Assembly (NCBI GenBank): GCA_963745035.1
Contig: CAVUVW010000011.1
Span: 128,001 to 192,000, forward strand
Source: an uncultured delta proteobacterium
GTDB taxonomy: Bacteria > Desulfobacterota > Binatia > UBA9968
Direction of reading: 5' to 3'
DNA: 64,000 nt
The notes beneath the pieces were generated by a model. That model ran no database searches. It was not told the origin of the DNA and worked only from the letters and a program-made list of their open reading frames with translations. Below are positions 29,502 to 39,058 of the stretch, piece by piece. The position numbers were made by a program, and so were the translations under genes. How positions within the stretch are numbered: the stretch's first letter is position 1; every line of letters begins with the position of its first letter.

Positions 29502-30683
29502 ATGACGAGCGATCGCCAAGATTCGATCTGGACCCGCGGCTTTTCGCTCCTCTGCCTCGCCGAATTTCTCGGCTACGCGCAGCACTTCATTCTCCAGCCC
29601 ACCTTTCCGCTCTATATCACTCAACTGGGCGGCTCACCGTTTCACGTTGGTTTGGTAATCGCATCCTTCGGCGTTGCCAGCGTGATATCCCGCCCTATCC
29701 TCGGCTATTGGGCGGATCGGTGGAGCGTCACCGGGATGATGATCCTGGGCTTGTGTTTGCAGACACTGAGCATTTCGCTTTGCTTCCTGCCATTCGTCGC
29801 CGCGCTGATGCTCGCCAATGGCTTGCGCGGCATCGGCTGGTCGGGAATGAATACCGGCGGCTACACCTTGCTCGCGACGATTGCGCCCGCAGCGCGCCGC
29901 GGCGAAGCGTCGGGATACTACGGAGGCGTGCAATCCAGCGCGACGATTCTGTTTCCGGCCGTAGCGCTTTGGATCATCGATGCTCCGTTCGGCGGCTTCG
30001 ATGCGACATTTCTCTTCGCCATGTCGCTGGTGCTGCTCGGCGCCGGCGCGGCGATCGCCTTATCGCGCGCCGTTCCCAAGGCGCCTCGTCAATCCGTCAC
30101 GGCATCCTCCGAACCGTGGTGGCGCGAAATTTTGAACGTATTCGATCGCCATATCTTGCTCGCCGCAACCTTGATGTTCACCTTGCATGTCTCGCTTCCC
30201 TGTTTCTCGAGCTTCGTCGTGCTCTATGCCCGCGAGTTGGCGATCGATCACTTCGGCTGGTACTTCGTTGCAACCGGAGTCACCAGCATGCTGGCGCGCC
30301 CGCTTCTTGGTCGGGTCTCGGATAAGATCGGCGCCGGCCGCTCGCTCATCGTCGCCTACGTACTCGAATCCGCCGCGCTGCTGATGATGCCGTTCGCCGG
30401 CAATCTTGCCGGTGTCATGTTGGGCGGAGCGCTTTACTTCATGGGATCGGCGATCGGCGGAGCGAGAATTCTCGCGCTGGCGATGGAACAAGCGCCAGCC
30501 GAAAGGCGCGGCCGCGCCATGGCGAGTTTCTCCGTGGCGTTTCCTTTGAGCAACGGCACCGGAGCGATGCTGAGCGGCCTGGTCGTCGATCTTGCCGGCT
30601 ATAACTGGATGTACATCACCGCGGCTCTACCCTGCGCCGTTGGACTTCTCCTCACTGCGAAATACTGGAAGAGCTTGAGATAG
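29502..30683 (+). CDS. MFS transporter 3
   Basis: IWTRGF..PTFPLYI..RRGEASGYY..GRVSDKIG. Confidence 0.88.
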   Translation: MTSDRQDSIWTRGFSLLCLAEFLGYAQHFILQPTFPLYITQLGGSPFHVGLVIASFGVASVISRPILGYWADRWSVTGMMILGLCLQTLSISLCFLPFVAALMLANGLRGIGWSGMNTGGYTLLATIAPAARRGEASGYYGGVQSSATILFPAVALWIIDAPFGGFDATFLFAMSLVLLGAGAAIALSRAVPKAPRQSVTASSEPWWREILNVFDRHILLAATLMFTLHVSLPCFSSFVVLYARELAIDHFGWYFVATGVTSMLARPLLGRVSDKIGAGRSLIVAYVLESAALLMMPFAGNLAGVMLGGALYFMGSAIGGARILALAMEQAPAERRGRAMASFSVAFPLSNGTGAMLSGLVVDLAGYNWMYITAALPCAVGLLLTAKYWKSLR

Positions 30684-30757
30684 CCATCTCCAAAAGCTCT
30701 TGTCCGAAACGCGATCGATGATATAAGCCTGTCCGTGCCCACGAAACACCCATCGCC

Positions 30758-31765
30758 ATGGAGGGTTTGGTTATGAAACTTCGACAGTTTTCGCTTGTCG
30801 TTCTCACCTTCGCCGTCTCATATATGTCGGGAAGCCGACCGGCGGAAGCCAAGAGCTACATCGCCTATATCTCGGATTCGACCAATTCCTCGGTGATCTA
30901 CTGGATCGCCAAAGAAGCGGGCATCTTCAAGAAACACGGCCTCGATCTCGATACGATCTTCATCAACGGCAGCGTGCGCGGAATACAAAGCCTGATCGCC
31001 GGCGATCTCAGCTACAGCGGCGCGGTGGGAACGGCGGTAATCAACGCCAAGCTCGCCGGCGGCGACGTCGCGATCATCCAGAGCCAGATGAACACGCTTC
31101 CCTACTTCATCATCGGCAACGCCAATATCAAATCGCCGGAAATGCTTAAAGGCCGCTCGGCCGCGGTGCACATTCCCGGCACCTCGGCCGATTTCGCCAT
31201 GCGTCTTGCGCTCACCAAAGTCGGCATACCCTACAAAGACATCAAAGCGATCACCGTCGGCGGTGCGCCCGCCCGCCTCGCGGCGGTCACTCAGGGCCAA
31301 GCCGATTTCACTGTCGTCACCGACGGCGAAAGAATCCAGGGCGAGAAGATGGGCCTCAAAGTGATCATCGACATGGCGAAACTGAACGTGCCCTTTCAGT
31401 TCAACTGCACCGTCGCCATGCGCCGGAAAATCCGCGAAAACCCCGACGAAGTCCGCCGCGTGGTCTGGACGATGGCCGAGTCGATTCACTTCTTCAAGAC
31501 CCGCAAAGATGAATCGATCAAAATCATGCAGAAGTACACCCGCGGGTTGCCGAGAGAGGTCCTCGAAGGCGCTCATGCGGCCAACTCCGAGCTGCTCGTC
31601 GAAGACACCTACCCGACCATCGAAGGATTGAAACAAACTCTCGATGTTCAAGCCTTGACCGACCCGCGCGCCGGGAAATTCAAGGCCGAGGACATGGTCG
31701 AACTCCGCTTCGTCGACGAGCTGCGAAAAAGCGGCTTCGTCGAAAAACTCTACGGCCGGCGCTGA
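30758..31765 (+). CDS. ABC substrate-binding protein, NMT1/SsuA-like
   Basis: WIAKEAGIFKKHGLD, SGFVEKLY. Confidence 0.88.
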   Translation: MEGLVMKLRQFSLVVLTFAVSYMSGSRPAEAKSYIAYISDSTNSSVIYWIAKEAGIFKKHGLDLDTIFINGSVRGIQSLIAGDLSYSGAVGTAVINAKLAGGDVAIIQSQMNTLPYFIIGNANIKSPEMLKGRSAAVHIPGTSADFAMRLALTKVGIPYKDIKAITVGGAPARLAAVTQGQADFTVVTDGERIQGEKMGLKVIIDMAKLNVPFQFNCTVAMRRKIRENPDEVRRVVWTMAESIHFFKTRKDESIKIMQKYTRGLPREVLEGAHAANSELLVEDTYPTIEGLKQTLDVQALTDPRAGKFKAEDMVELRFVDELRKSGFVEKLYGRR

Positions 31766-31792
31766 GCCGTGAGGCGCGAGTAAACAACATTC

Positions 31793-32638
31793 ATGATCGT
31801 TCCGCGCGCCGAAGTTGCCGACACCGCCGCCGTCGCGGCGCACTACGATGAGCTCGACGATCTTTACCGCAGCTTCTGGGGAACGAGCCTTCACCATGGA
31901 TATTGGATTACGGGAAAAGAATCGGCCGAAGAAGCAGCCGGCAATCTGACCCGACTCGTCGCGAATCAAGCGGGAATGAAACCCGGCGACCGGGTTTGCG
32001 ATCTCGGCTGCGGTTACGGCGCCGCGGCCATCTTATGGCAGCGGGAGTTTGGCGCTGCTGTAACCGGCATCACGATTTCGGAAAAGCAGTTCTTGCACGG
32101 AAGATCCGCTGCCGCCGGCAATTCGAATATTCAGTTGCTCTGCGGTGACGCCCTGGAAAGCGGCCTGCCTTCGCAAACCTTCGACGTGGTGACGGCCATC
32201 GAAAGCTCCGAGCATATGCCGGACAAAGCGCGCTTCTTTGCCGAAGCGCATCGCCTCTTGCGTCCGGGCGGCCGCTGCGTAGTGGCGGCGTGGTTGACCC
32301 GCGACCACCCAGCACGGTGGGAGGCAAAGTACCTCCTCGATCCTATTTGCCGGGAGGGGCGCCTGCCCAGCATGGCCTCAGCGGCGGAATATCTCCGTAT
32401 GCTCGAGGACGCGAACTTCCACGACATTCATTTTTCCGACCTGACCTTCCGTGCAAGAAAAACCTGGAGCATCTGCGCGTCGCGCGTCGTCCGGCGCTTC
32501 CTCGGCGATTCATCGTTTCGCCGCCTGCTCTCCAACCGGCATTTCACAAATCGCGTTTTTGCCAAAACGGTTTTTCGCATCTGGCTCGCATATCAGATCG
32601 GCAGTATGCGCTTCGGCCTCTTCGCCGCGCAGAAGTAG
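31793..32638 (+). CDS. SAM methyltransferase (tocopherol/sterol methyltransferase-like)
   Basis: HYD..WG..LHHGYW, DLGCGYG, IESSEHMPDK. Confidence 0.85.
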   Translation: MIVPRAEVADTAAVAAHYDELDDLYRSFWGTSLHHGYWITGKESAEEAAGNLTRLVANQAGMKPGDRVCDLGCGYGAAAILWQREFGAAVTGITISEKQFLHGRSAAAGNSNIQLLCGDALESGLPSQTFDVVTAIESSEHMPDKARFFAEAHRLLRPGGRCVVAAWLTRDHPARWEAKYLLDPICREGRLPSMASAAEYLRMLEDANFHDIHFSDLTFRARKTWSICASRVVRRFLGDSSFRRLLSNRHFTNRVFAKTVFRIWLAYQIGSMRFGLFAAQK

Positions 32639-32777
32639 GAACGGCGCCGCCGCGACGAGTTTGTGAGTAGTACGACTGTTTCGCCGCCGTCATTTCGAGC
32701 ACAAGCAAGAGATTCCTCCTTTTCAGCTTTGACTCCGTGTTGCGATTAAATTTTTCCTGGAGTAGTAAACGACCAAC

Positions 32778-33779
32778 ATGAAATTTGGCATTTTCATTTT
32801 CGGAGACAATCACCCTGACCTCGGCCGTTCCAATCAGAAATATTACGAAGAGGTTCTGACCATCGGCGAGTGGGCCGAAGAACTCGGCTTCGACTCCTTC
32901 TGGCTCGGCGAGCATCACATCTACTGGCACGGCACCTGCGTGTCGCCGCCGATGTTGATCGCGGCGTTGGGCCAGCGGACAAAAAGAATCCGGCTGGGCC
33001 CGGCGGTCAGCGTTTTACCCTTGCACCATCCGCTTCTTGTCGCTGAGGAATACGCGCTGGCGGATAATCTCTGCGGCGGGCGGCTGAACTTCGCCATCGG
33101 CAGCGGCTTCTCACCGCACGAATACAAGATTTTCGGTATGACGATGGAGGAGGCAAGAGAAAAATATTGGGAAACTTTTGATGTAATCTTGAAAGCCTGG
33201 ACGCAGGAGGAGTTTTCCCACCAGGGGAAACACTATCAGATCGAGAACGGCTCGTTGTACATGAAGCCCGTGCAAAAACCCTTGCCGCCGACGTGGATCG
33301 CCGCGTCGAGCGACGAAACTTTGATTCGCGCGGGCGAGTTGGGCTTCCCCATTATGGGAATTCCATTCGTGCGCTCTACGTCCCTGTCGGAGGTCAAACA
33401 AAAGAACGAGCTGTTTATGGATTCGTTCGTTCGCGCCGGCCATAAGGAAAAGCCGGACATCATGGTCGCCCTCCATATTTACCTCCACCCCAGCGAACAA
33501 GACGCGGTCGATTCGGCTCGTCCGTACTTCGCGCGCGTCGTTGACTATCTGAAAAAATACCGGCGCCCGGGCGCCAGGGTGCCCGACTTCGATACCATCA
33601 AGAGAGACCAGCTAGCGCTTTTTACCAACCCCGACGGCGCTTGCGCGATCCTTCGCGAATACGAAGAAATCGGCGTCAGTCACGTGATCGCCATGGTCAA
33701 CTTCGGCGGTGTGCCGATGCCCGATGTGCGCCGGACGCTGGAGTTGATGTCAACTGAGGTCTTTCCAAAGTTCAAATGA
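32778..33779 (+). CDS. LLM-class flavin-dependent oxidoreductase
   Basis: AEELGFDSFWLGEHH, RTKRIRLG, HPLLVAEE, KPVQKP.PP. Confidence 0.92.
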   Translation: MKFGIFIFGDNHPDLGRSNQKYYEEVLTIGEWAEELGFDSFWLGEHHIYWHGTCVSPPMLIAALGQRTKRIRLGPAVSVLPLHHPLLVAEEYALADNLCGGRLNFAIGSGFSPHEYKIFGMTMEEAREKYWETFDVILKAWTQEEFSHQGKHYQIENGSLYMKPVQKPLPPTWIAASSDETLIRAGELGFPIMGIPFVRSTSLSEVKQKNELFMDSFVRAGHKEKPDIMVALHIYLHPSEQDAVDSARPYFARVVDYLKKYRRPGARVPDFDTIKRDQLALFTNPDGACAILREYEEIGVSHVIAMVNFGGVPMPDVRRTLELMSTEVFPKFK

Positions 33780-33897
33780 ATTAGAATCCGGCTATTTCAA
33801 AGCCGCTGGGCAACCTACCGTACAGGCTAGTCGTTTTCGCAAGTACTAGGAGAAACTCGCCGCAGCGTACATAACAACATTTGCTGACGACACCTCT

Positions 33898-33926
33898 TTG
33901 ACAGGTGTTACCGCCTGAGGTAGCAT
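33898..33926 (+). promoter_or_regulatory. Sigma70-type promoter with operator-like palindrome upstream of TA pair
   Basis: TTGACA-17 bp-TAGCAT; tgttacc..ggtagca imperfect IR overlapping it. Confidence 0.55.
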
Positions 33927-33935
33927 TCCGTAGCG

Positions 33936-34130
33936 ATGGGCAAGCTACGGCGTGGTGGTTTTGTTTTTGTTTGGTGGAAAGGAGATCACCCACCCAGACA
34001 TGTCCACGTTTATCGGGACGGTAAGCTGATGGTCAAATGGGACCTCGCCAACAAGAAAGCCATGAAAGGCCGCGCGTCGAGACGTATTATCAATTTGATC
34101 GAAATGCTCGAATCGGAAGGAATGCTATGA
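33936..34130 (+). CDS. DUF4160-like small protein (putative toxin)
   Basis: DHPPRHVHV motif, 64 aa, basic. Confidence 0.7.
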   Translation: MGKLRRGGFVFVWWKGDHPPRHVHVYRDGKLMVKWDLANKKAMKGRASRRIINLIEMLESEGML

Positions 34131-34594
34131 AGATTCGTTCAGTGACGTTCAATAACAGGCGCAAGACATTTGAGGTCAAAACTTCTTCACGAACATACGT
34201 CTTTCCCTTCAGCAAGTCCGTGCCCGCGCCGACATCCGATAACCCAGTCAAACAGGTTCGTGTAGACAAGGAGATCGGCAGCGAAGGATTTAGCTATGAA
34301 TTGGCGTCGGGCGGGACGGGAACAATCCATGTCGAACAGGTTTTGGAGTACAACAACGATCCCAATTACTTGCGAGATCAGTTGCTTTACAAATTGACTC
34401 TCGAAGCGCAGAGGCGGGTCGCCGCGAGCCCGCTCGCCAAGCGTGAGATCATTCGCCGGCTCGGCACATCCGCGACACAGTTTTATCGGCTATTGGATCA
34501 AACCAATTACAGCAAATCCGTCGACCAGCTCGTGTCGTTATTGCAAATCTTGGATTGCGAGATCGATGTATTGGTGCGAGCCAAGAGTGCGTAA
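34127..34594 (+). CDS. Putative antitoxin with C-terminal HTH
   Basis: ATGA overlap with upstream gene; REIIRRLGTSATQFYRLLD HTH. Confidence 0.7.
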   Translation: MKIRSVTFNNRRKTFEVKTSSRTYVFPFSKSVPAPTSDNPVKQVRVDKEIGSEGFSYELASGGTGTIHVEQVLEYNNDPNYLRDQLLYKLTLEAQRRVAASPLAKREIIRRLGTSATQFYRLLDQTNYSKSVDQLVSLLQILDCEIDVLVRAKSA

Positions 34595-34690
34595 CAGTCC
34601 AACATCTGCGGGCAGCGCAAAACATTTTTCGAATGACGCATTCAGTCTCGATCAGTTTCACCAGGATACTCTTTAGGTTATAAAACAACC

Positions 34691-36151
34691 ATGACTGACG
34701 TTCGTTTTGTGGATACGACCCTCCGCGACGGTCAGCAGAGCCTGTGGGCTTACAACATGCGCACCGGCATGATGGTTCCGGTCGCCGCACAAATGGATGA
34801 TGCGGGCTTCGAGGCCATCGAGCTCGGCGGCCCGGTGGAAATGCCGAAGTGCGTGAAAGAGCTGCGCGAGGATCCCTGGGAGCGCTATCGGCTGATCATT
34901 CCGAAATTCAAAAAAACCCCGCTCCGGCTCATCCACGGTACGCGCAGCGGCTTCGCGATCTACCCCGACGCGCTGCACCAGCTCTATGACACCTGCATGG
35001 CCAACGTCGGCGTCACCGAAGTGCGCATCTCGGATTCGTGGAACGATCCGGCCGATTGGGCTTGGCGCGTCAAGCAGGCGAAGAATGCCGGGCTGAAACC
35101 GATCATCAATCTTATTTATACCGTGTCGCCGCGCCACACCGACGAATATTTCGCAGCAAAGATTCGCGACGCCTTCGCTCTGGACGTTTACCGCGTGATT
35201 TTCAAAGACCCCGGCGGGATCTTGACTCCCGAGAGGACCAAGACCGTGGTGCCTGCCGTGCTGGCCGCCGCCGCGGGCAAGACCGTCGAATTGCACACCC
35301 ACTGCACGACCGGGCTGGGCACGCTCTGCTGCCTGGAAGCGATCAAAGCGGGTATGATGAATATCAACGCCGCGGTGCCGCCGCTCGCCGACGGTTCGTC
35401 GAATCCCTCGGTGTTCAACGTCGCCATGAACGCCCGCGCGCTGGGGTACAATACCCTGCTCGATGAAAAACCGCTGCGCGATGCTTCCAAGTTCCTAACT
35501 GTCTGCGCGAAGCAGGACAATCTGCCGATCGGCAAGACTCCTGAGTACGACTACGGCCAGTACGTTCATCAGATTCCCGGCGGCATGATCTCGAATCTGC
35601 GCTACCAGCTCCGCCGGGTCGGCATGGAGCACAAGCTAGATCAAACCCTGGAAGAGGCGGCGCAGGTGCGCGCCGAGTTCGGCTATCCGATCATGGTGAC
35701 GCCGCTGTCGCAGTTCGTCGGCAGCCAGGCGGCGATCAACGTCATCGTCGGCGAGCGCTACAAGGAGGTCACCGATCAGACCATCGAATACGCCATGGGA
35801 ATCTGGGGCAAGGAAGGCGCCGCGCTCATGGATCCGAACGTCAAGGAAAAAGTTCTGAATCGGCCGCGCGCGAAAGAAATCGCCGAGCGGCCGCATCCGA
35901 CGGATTCGCTCCAGGATCTGCGCCGCAAATACGGCGGCCCGGGAGTCAGCGACGAAGAAGTTTTGCTGCGCTTTTTCAGCAGCAAGGAAGACGTCGAGCG
36001 CATGCACGCCGCCGGCCCAGCGCGGACCTACACGAACGGTCGCAATCCCGTGTTGAATCTGGTCGCCGAGCTTTCCAAGCAGGAAGACCGCCGCAGCGTG
36101 TTCATCCAGCGCCCCGGCTTTTCCCTACGCTTGCAACGGCGCAGTGTCTGA
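34691..36151 (+). CDS. Pyruvate carboxylase subunit B/oxaloacetate decarboxylase alpha-like carboxyltransferase (no biotinyl domain)
   Basis: DTTLRDGQQSLWA, ELHTHCTTG, HQIPGGMISN, GYPIMVTPLSQ. Confidence 0.88.
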   Translation: MTDVRFVDTTLRDGQQSLWAYNMRTGMMVPVAAQMDDAGFEAIELGGPVEMPKCVKELREDPWERYRLIIPKFKKTPLRLIHGTRSGFAIYPDALHQLYDTCMANVGVTEVRISDSWNDPADWAWRVKQAKNAGLKPIINLIYTVSPRHTDEYFAAKIRDAFALDVYRVIFKDPGGILTPERTKTVVPAVLAAAAGKTVELHTHCTTGLGTLCCLEAIKAGMMNINAAVPPLADGSSNPSVFNVAMNARALGYNTLLDEKPLRDASKFLTVCAKQDNLPIGKTPEYDYGQYVHQIPGGMISNLRYQLRRVGMEHKLDQTLEEAAQVRAEFGYPIMVTPLSQFVGSQAAINVIVGERYKEVTDQTIEYAMGIWGKEGAALMDPNVKEKVLNRPRAKEIAERPHPTDSLQDLRRKYGGPGVSDEEVLLRFFSSKEDVERMHAAGPARTYTNGRNPVLNLVAELSKQEDRRSVFIQRPGFSLRLQRRSV

Positions 36152-36292
36152 CCCGCATCACCGGCGTTTTTACTTATTAGCTATGCGTCAATTGAAAACC
36201 GCCAAGCCCGGAGAGGTGGGAACTTGATCCGACGGCTTGGACGATTTGAACGGCTTGACTGCTTGAACGAGCTGATTTATTCGAGGTAACCC

Positions 36293-36820
36293 GTGGCACG
36301 AGTCGCGCTGATCGAAGAGAGTGACCATCCCGAGCTGGCCGAGTCGATCGCCAAAATCAAAGGCGCGCGCGGCGGCCGGCTGATCAATATTTATCGGTTG
36401 ATGCTGCACAGTCCGGCGCTGGCCAATGCCTGGTTCGATCTGAATCAGGCCGTACGCTACGGCACCGAGATCGACGGGCAATGCCGCGAGCTCGCGGTCA
36501 TTCGTGTCGCGATATTGAACGAGGTGGAATATGTGCAGCGCGCCCACGGCCCCGCTTACGCGTTGAAGGAGGGATTGACGCCGGAACAGGTCAGCGCCAT
36601 CGGGAATTGGCAGCCGTCGAAACTTTTCGACGATCGGCAGCGCGCGCTGCTCGCGTACACGGATGCGATGACGCGCGGGATCGATGTACCCAATACCGTT
36701 TTCGTGGACCTGAGGAATCATTTTAGCGAGCGTCAAATCGTCGAGCTGACCATGCTGATCGGCGCCTACAATATGCTCACGCGTTTTTTGAAAGCCCTGC
36801 GAGTCGATTCAGAGCCCTGA
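36293..36820 (+). CDS. Carboxymuconolactone decarboxylase family protein
   Basis: MLHSP, RELAVIRVA, IVELTMLIGAYN. Confidence 0.85.
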   Translation: MARVALIEESDHPELAESIAKIKGARGGRLINIYRLMLHSPALANAWFDLNQAVRYGTEIDGQCRELAVIRVAILNEVEYVQRAHGPAYALKEGLTPEQVSAIGNWQPSKLFDDRQRALLAYTDAMTRGIDVPNTVFVDLRNHFSERQIVELTMLIGAYNMLTRFLKALRVDSEP

Positions 36821-36904
36821 ATAAGAAGAAGTTCAAAAGTTCCAGGTTCGAAAGTTCAACGTCGGGAACCGCATCAGACCTTGAACTTTGAACCGTTTTG
36901 TAAA

Positions 36905-37996
36905 ATGAAGTTCGTCGTCGAAAACGATAGCTTTCTCCGCCTCATTCAGGTTGTCCTCGACCCGAGCGCGCCCAAGGAGCGTTTCGACGCCTTCGCCCAT
37001 TTCTGTAAGCACGACACGCCTGATTTCCTTGGCTGGTGCGAAGGCATTCGCGCGCAAGCCCCGAATATCTTCCCGACCGACGTTCACCTCGTGGACAATC
37101 AAGCGGAGCTGCTGGCCAATGCCGAAGACGCGAGCGTGATCGTGGTTGAAGAGCTCACCGTCGGCGACAAAGAACTCGCAGCGGCGGGACATTCTCTACG
37201 CTACGTGCAGAAGTACGGCTTCACCACTCGCAACATCGATAGAGCCGCGTGCGCAAGGGGAGGCGTAAAAGTGCTTACGATTCGGCGGCGTGCCAACATC
37301 TCGACAGCGGAGCAGGGACTCACGTTGATGCTCGGTCTGGCGCGCCAACTCACACAGAACGCGAATTTGATCAGCGTCGAGCAGCTCAAGAAAGCCGGTT
37401 ATGAGCCCACGACTTACGACCGAACCCACACGCCAAACGGGAACTGGGCCCGCATCCCCAACATGGTGACGCTCTACCGTAAGCAACTTGGCATCATCGG
37501 TCTGGGAGAGATCGGCCGGGAGCTGGCGCTGCGCGCGCTCGCGCTCGGCATGCGCATCGTCTACACGCAGCGAACTCGGCTGCCCGAAGAAGTCGAACAA
37601 CAATATCAAGCGACTTACTGTCCGCTGGAAGAGCTACTCGCCGGCTCGGACTGTGTGAGCTTGCACCTGCCGCGCAGTCCGGCGACGGTCGGATTCATGG
37701 GAAGCAAAGAATTCTCCGCACTCAAGCCGGGTGCTTTTTTGATCAACGTCTCTCAGCCCAATCTCGTTGACCGCAAGGCGTTGCGTCAATCGCTCGCATC
37801 CGGACGGCTTGGCGGCTACGGACTCGACACGTTCTACGAAGAGCCCGGCGACGCCAACGATCCCCTGCTGAAATTTCCTAATGTCATCATCACGCCGCAC
37901 CTCGGCGGCTCGCCGCGCTGGAATTCTCTCGACGATATCGAAGAAGTGATCGTCAGCCTCGGCCGGCTGCTCGCCGAAACAAAGTCTGGGATCTAA
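36905..37996 (+). CDS. D-isomer-specific 2-hydroxyacid dehydrogenase family
   Basis: GIIGLGEIG, VSLHLP, LDTFYEEP, ITPHLGG. Confidence 0.88.
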   Translation: MKFVVENDSFLRLIQVVLDPSAPKERFDAFAHFCKHDTPDFLGWCEGIRAQAPNIFPTDVHLVDNQAELLANAEDASVIVVEELTVGDKELAAAGHSLRYVQKYGFTTRNIDRAACARGGVKVLTIRRRANISTAEQGLTLMLGLARQLTQNANLISVEQLKKAGYEPTTYDRTHTPNGNWARIPNMVTLYRKQLGIIGLGEIGRELALRALALGMRIVYTQRTRLPEEVEQQYQATYCPLEELLAGSDCVSLHLPRSPATVGFMGSKEFSALKPGAFLINVSQPNLVDRKALRQSLASGRLGGYGLDTFYEEPGDANDPLLKFPNVIITPHLGGSPRWNSLDDIEEVIVSLGRLLAETKSGI

Positions 37997-38003
37997 GAAC
38001 GTC

Positions 38004-38846
38004 TTACGGTTGATCCCGACAAGCCCCACTGAGTGCAGTTTCTTCCATCGCTTTGAGCAAGACCTGACGCGCTAAACCCACCGGGTCACCCGTGATCGGC
38101 GAATTCTCGAGATAGCGAAGAGTAAATTCCACATGGGAAGCGTCATCGACCGGCACGTGCCAGCGCACGCAGATTTCTCCGCCCGATGGCGATTCCGGAT
38201 AGGTCACGAGATTCGGCGCGACAAACTTGGCGCCGTCGAGCGGCGGTCCGAGAACTCCCTGCAGGAAATTATCGGCGCGGAGAACTTTTGTGAGTGCGAC
38301 ACGCGTCGGTGGACTGAGGAAAAATTCATGGACCGGCAAGCCCGGAGTTTCGCCCGGTCCCATGTAAGTCAAAATCACCCCGCTAATTTCGGTGCAGGGA
38401 TATGCCGGTTGTCCTACTTCCATCCGCTTCTCGCCCCCTTCCACCCAAGCGCCGCGCACAATGACCTTGCCGCAAGCATCGAAAAGCCAGCCATGATACA
38501 TGCAGCGGATTCCGTCTTCCTCGACCCGCCCATAAATCATGTCGACGCCTTGATGCGCGCAGTAACGGCCGATGAGCGCAGGATTCCCTCCGCCGTCGCG
38601 AAATAGAACCAGCTCTTCGCCGAGCAATGTCACCGGCAACGGTTTGTCGGGGGCCAGTTCCGCCGACAATGCGGCCGGCTGCCAAAAGCGGCGCATCAAT
38701 TCTCCACACGGTGTGCCGCGTTCGGTTTGCGTCAACCGAGCATTTTGCTCTTGTGTCATCCTCGTTGTGCTCCCGGTCATATTCGGACCTCGCGGCATCG
38801 TAGACACCAGGCTAGCTTTACTGCAAGCGCTTATTGGAAACCGCAA
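38004..38846 (-). CDS. Rieske [2Fe-2S] protein (phthalate 4,5-dioxygenase-like, short catalytic domain)
   Basis: GELMRRFWQP, CAHQG...CMYHGWLFD; true start likely ~38780. Confidence 0.8.
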   Translation of the reverse strand: MRFPISACSKASLVSTMPRGPNMTGSTTRMTQEQNARLTQTERGTPCGELMRRFWQPAALSAELAPDKPLPVTLLGEELVLFRDGGGNPALIGRYCAHQGVDMIYGRVEEDGIRCMYHGWLFDACGKVIVRGAWVEGGEKRMEVGQPAYPCTEISGVILTYMGPGETPGLPVHEFFLSPPTRVALTKVLRADNFLQGVLGPPLDGAKFVAPNLVTYPESPSGGEICVRWHVPVDDASHVEFTLRYLENSPITGDPVGLARQVLLKAMEETALSGACRDQP

Positions 38847-39058
38847 GATCGATGAGATCGGTCTGGCAAGCGAATACTTTTATGGCAATAAGCTGTTGCC
38901 GTTGGCCGTCAGTTTCAAATAGCGGCCAAAAGCGCAAGCCACATTTAATGAGAAAGGAGGCAATCTAGGCATCATTTGACCCAGCCATTTCGATTTGGTA
39001 TAGGCCGACAACTTTATTCCCAGGTAGGGCCATGTAATCGGCATAGTCGTTTGCTGAA

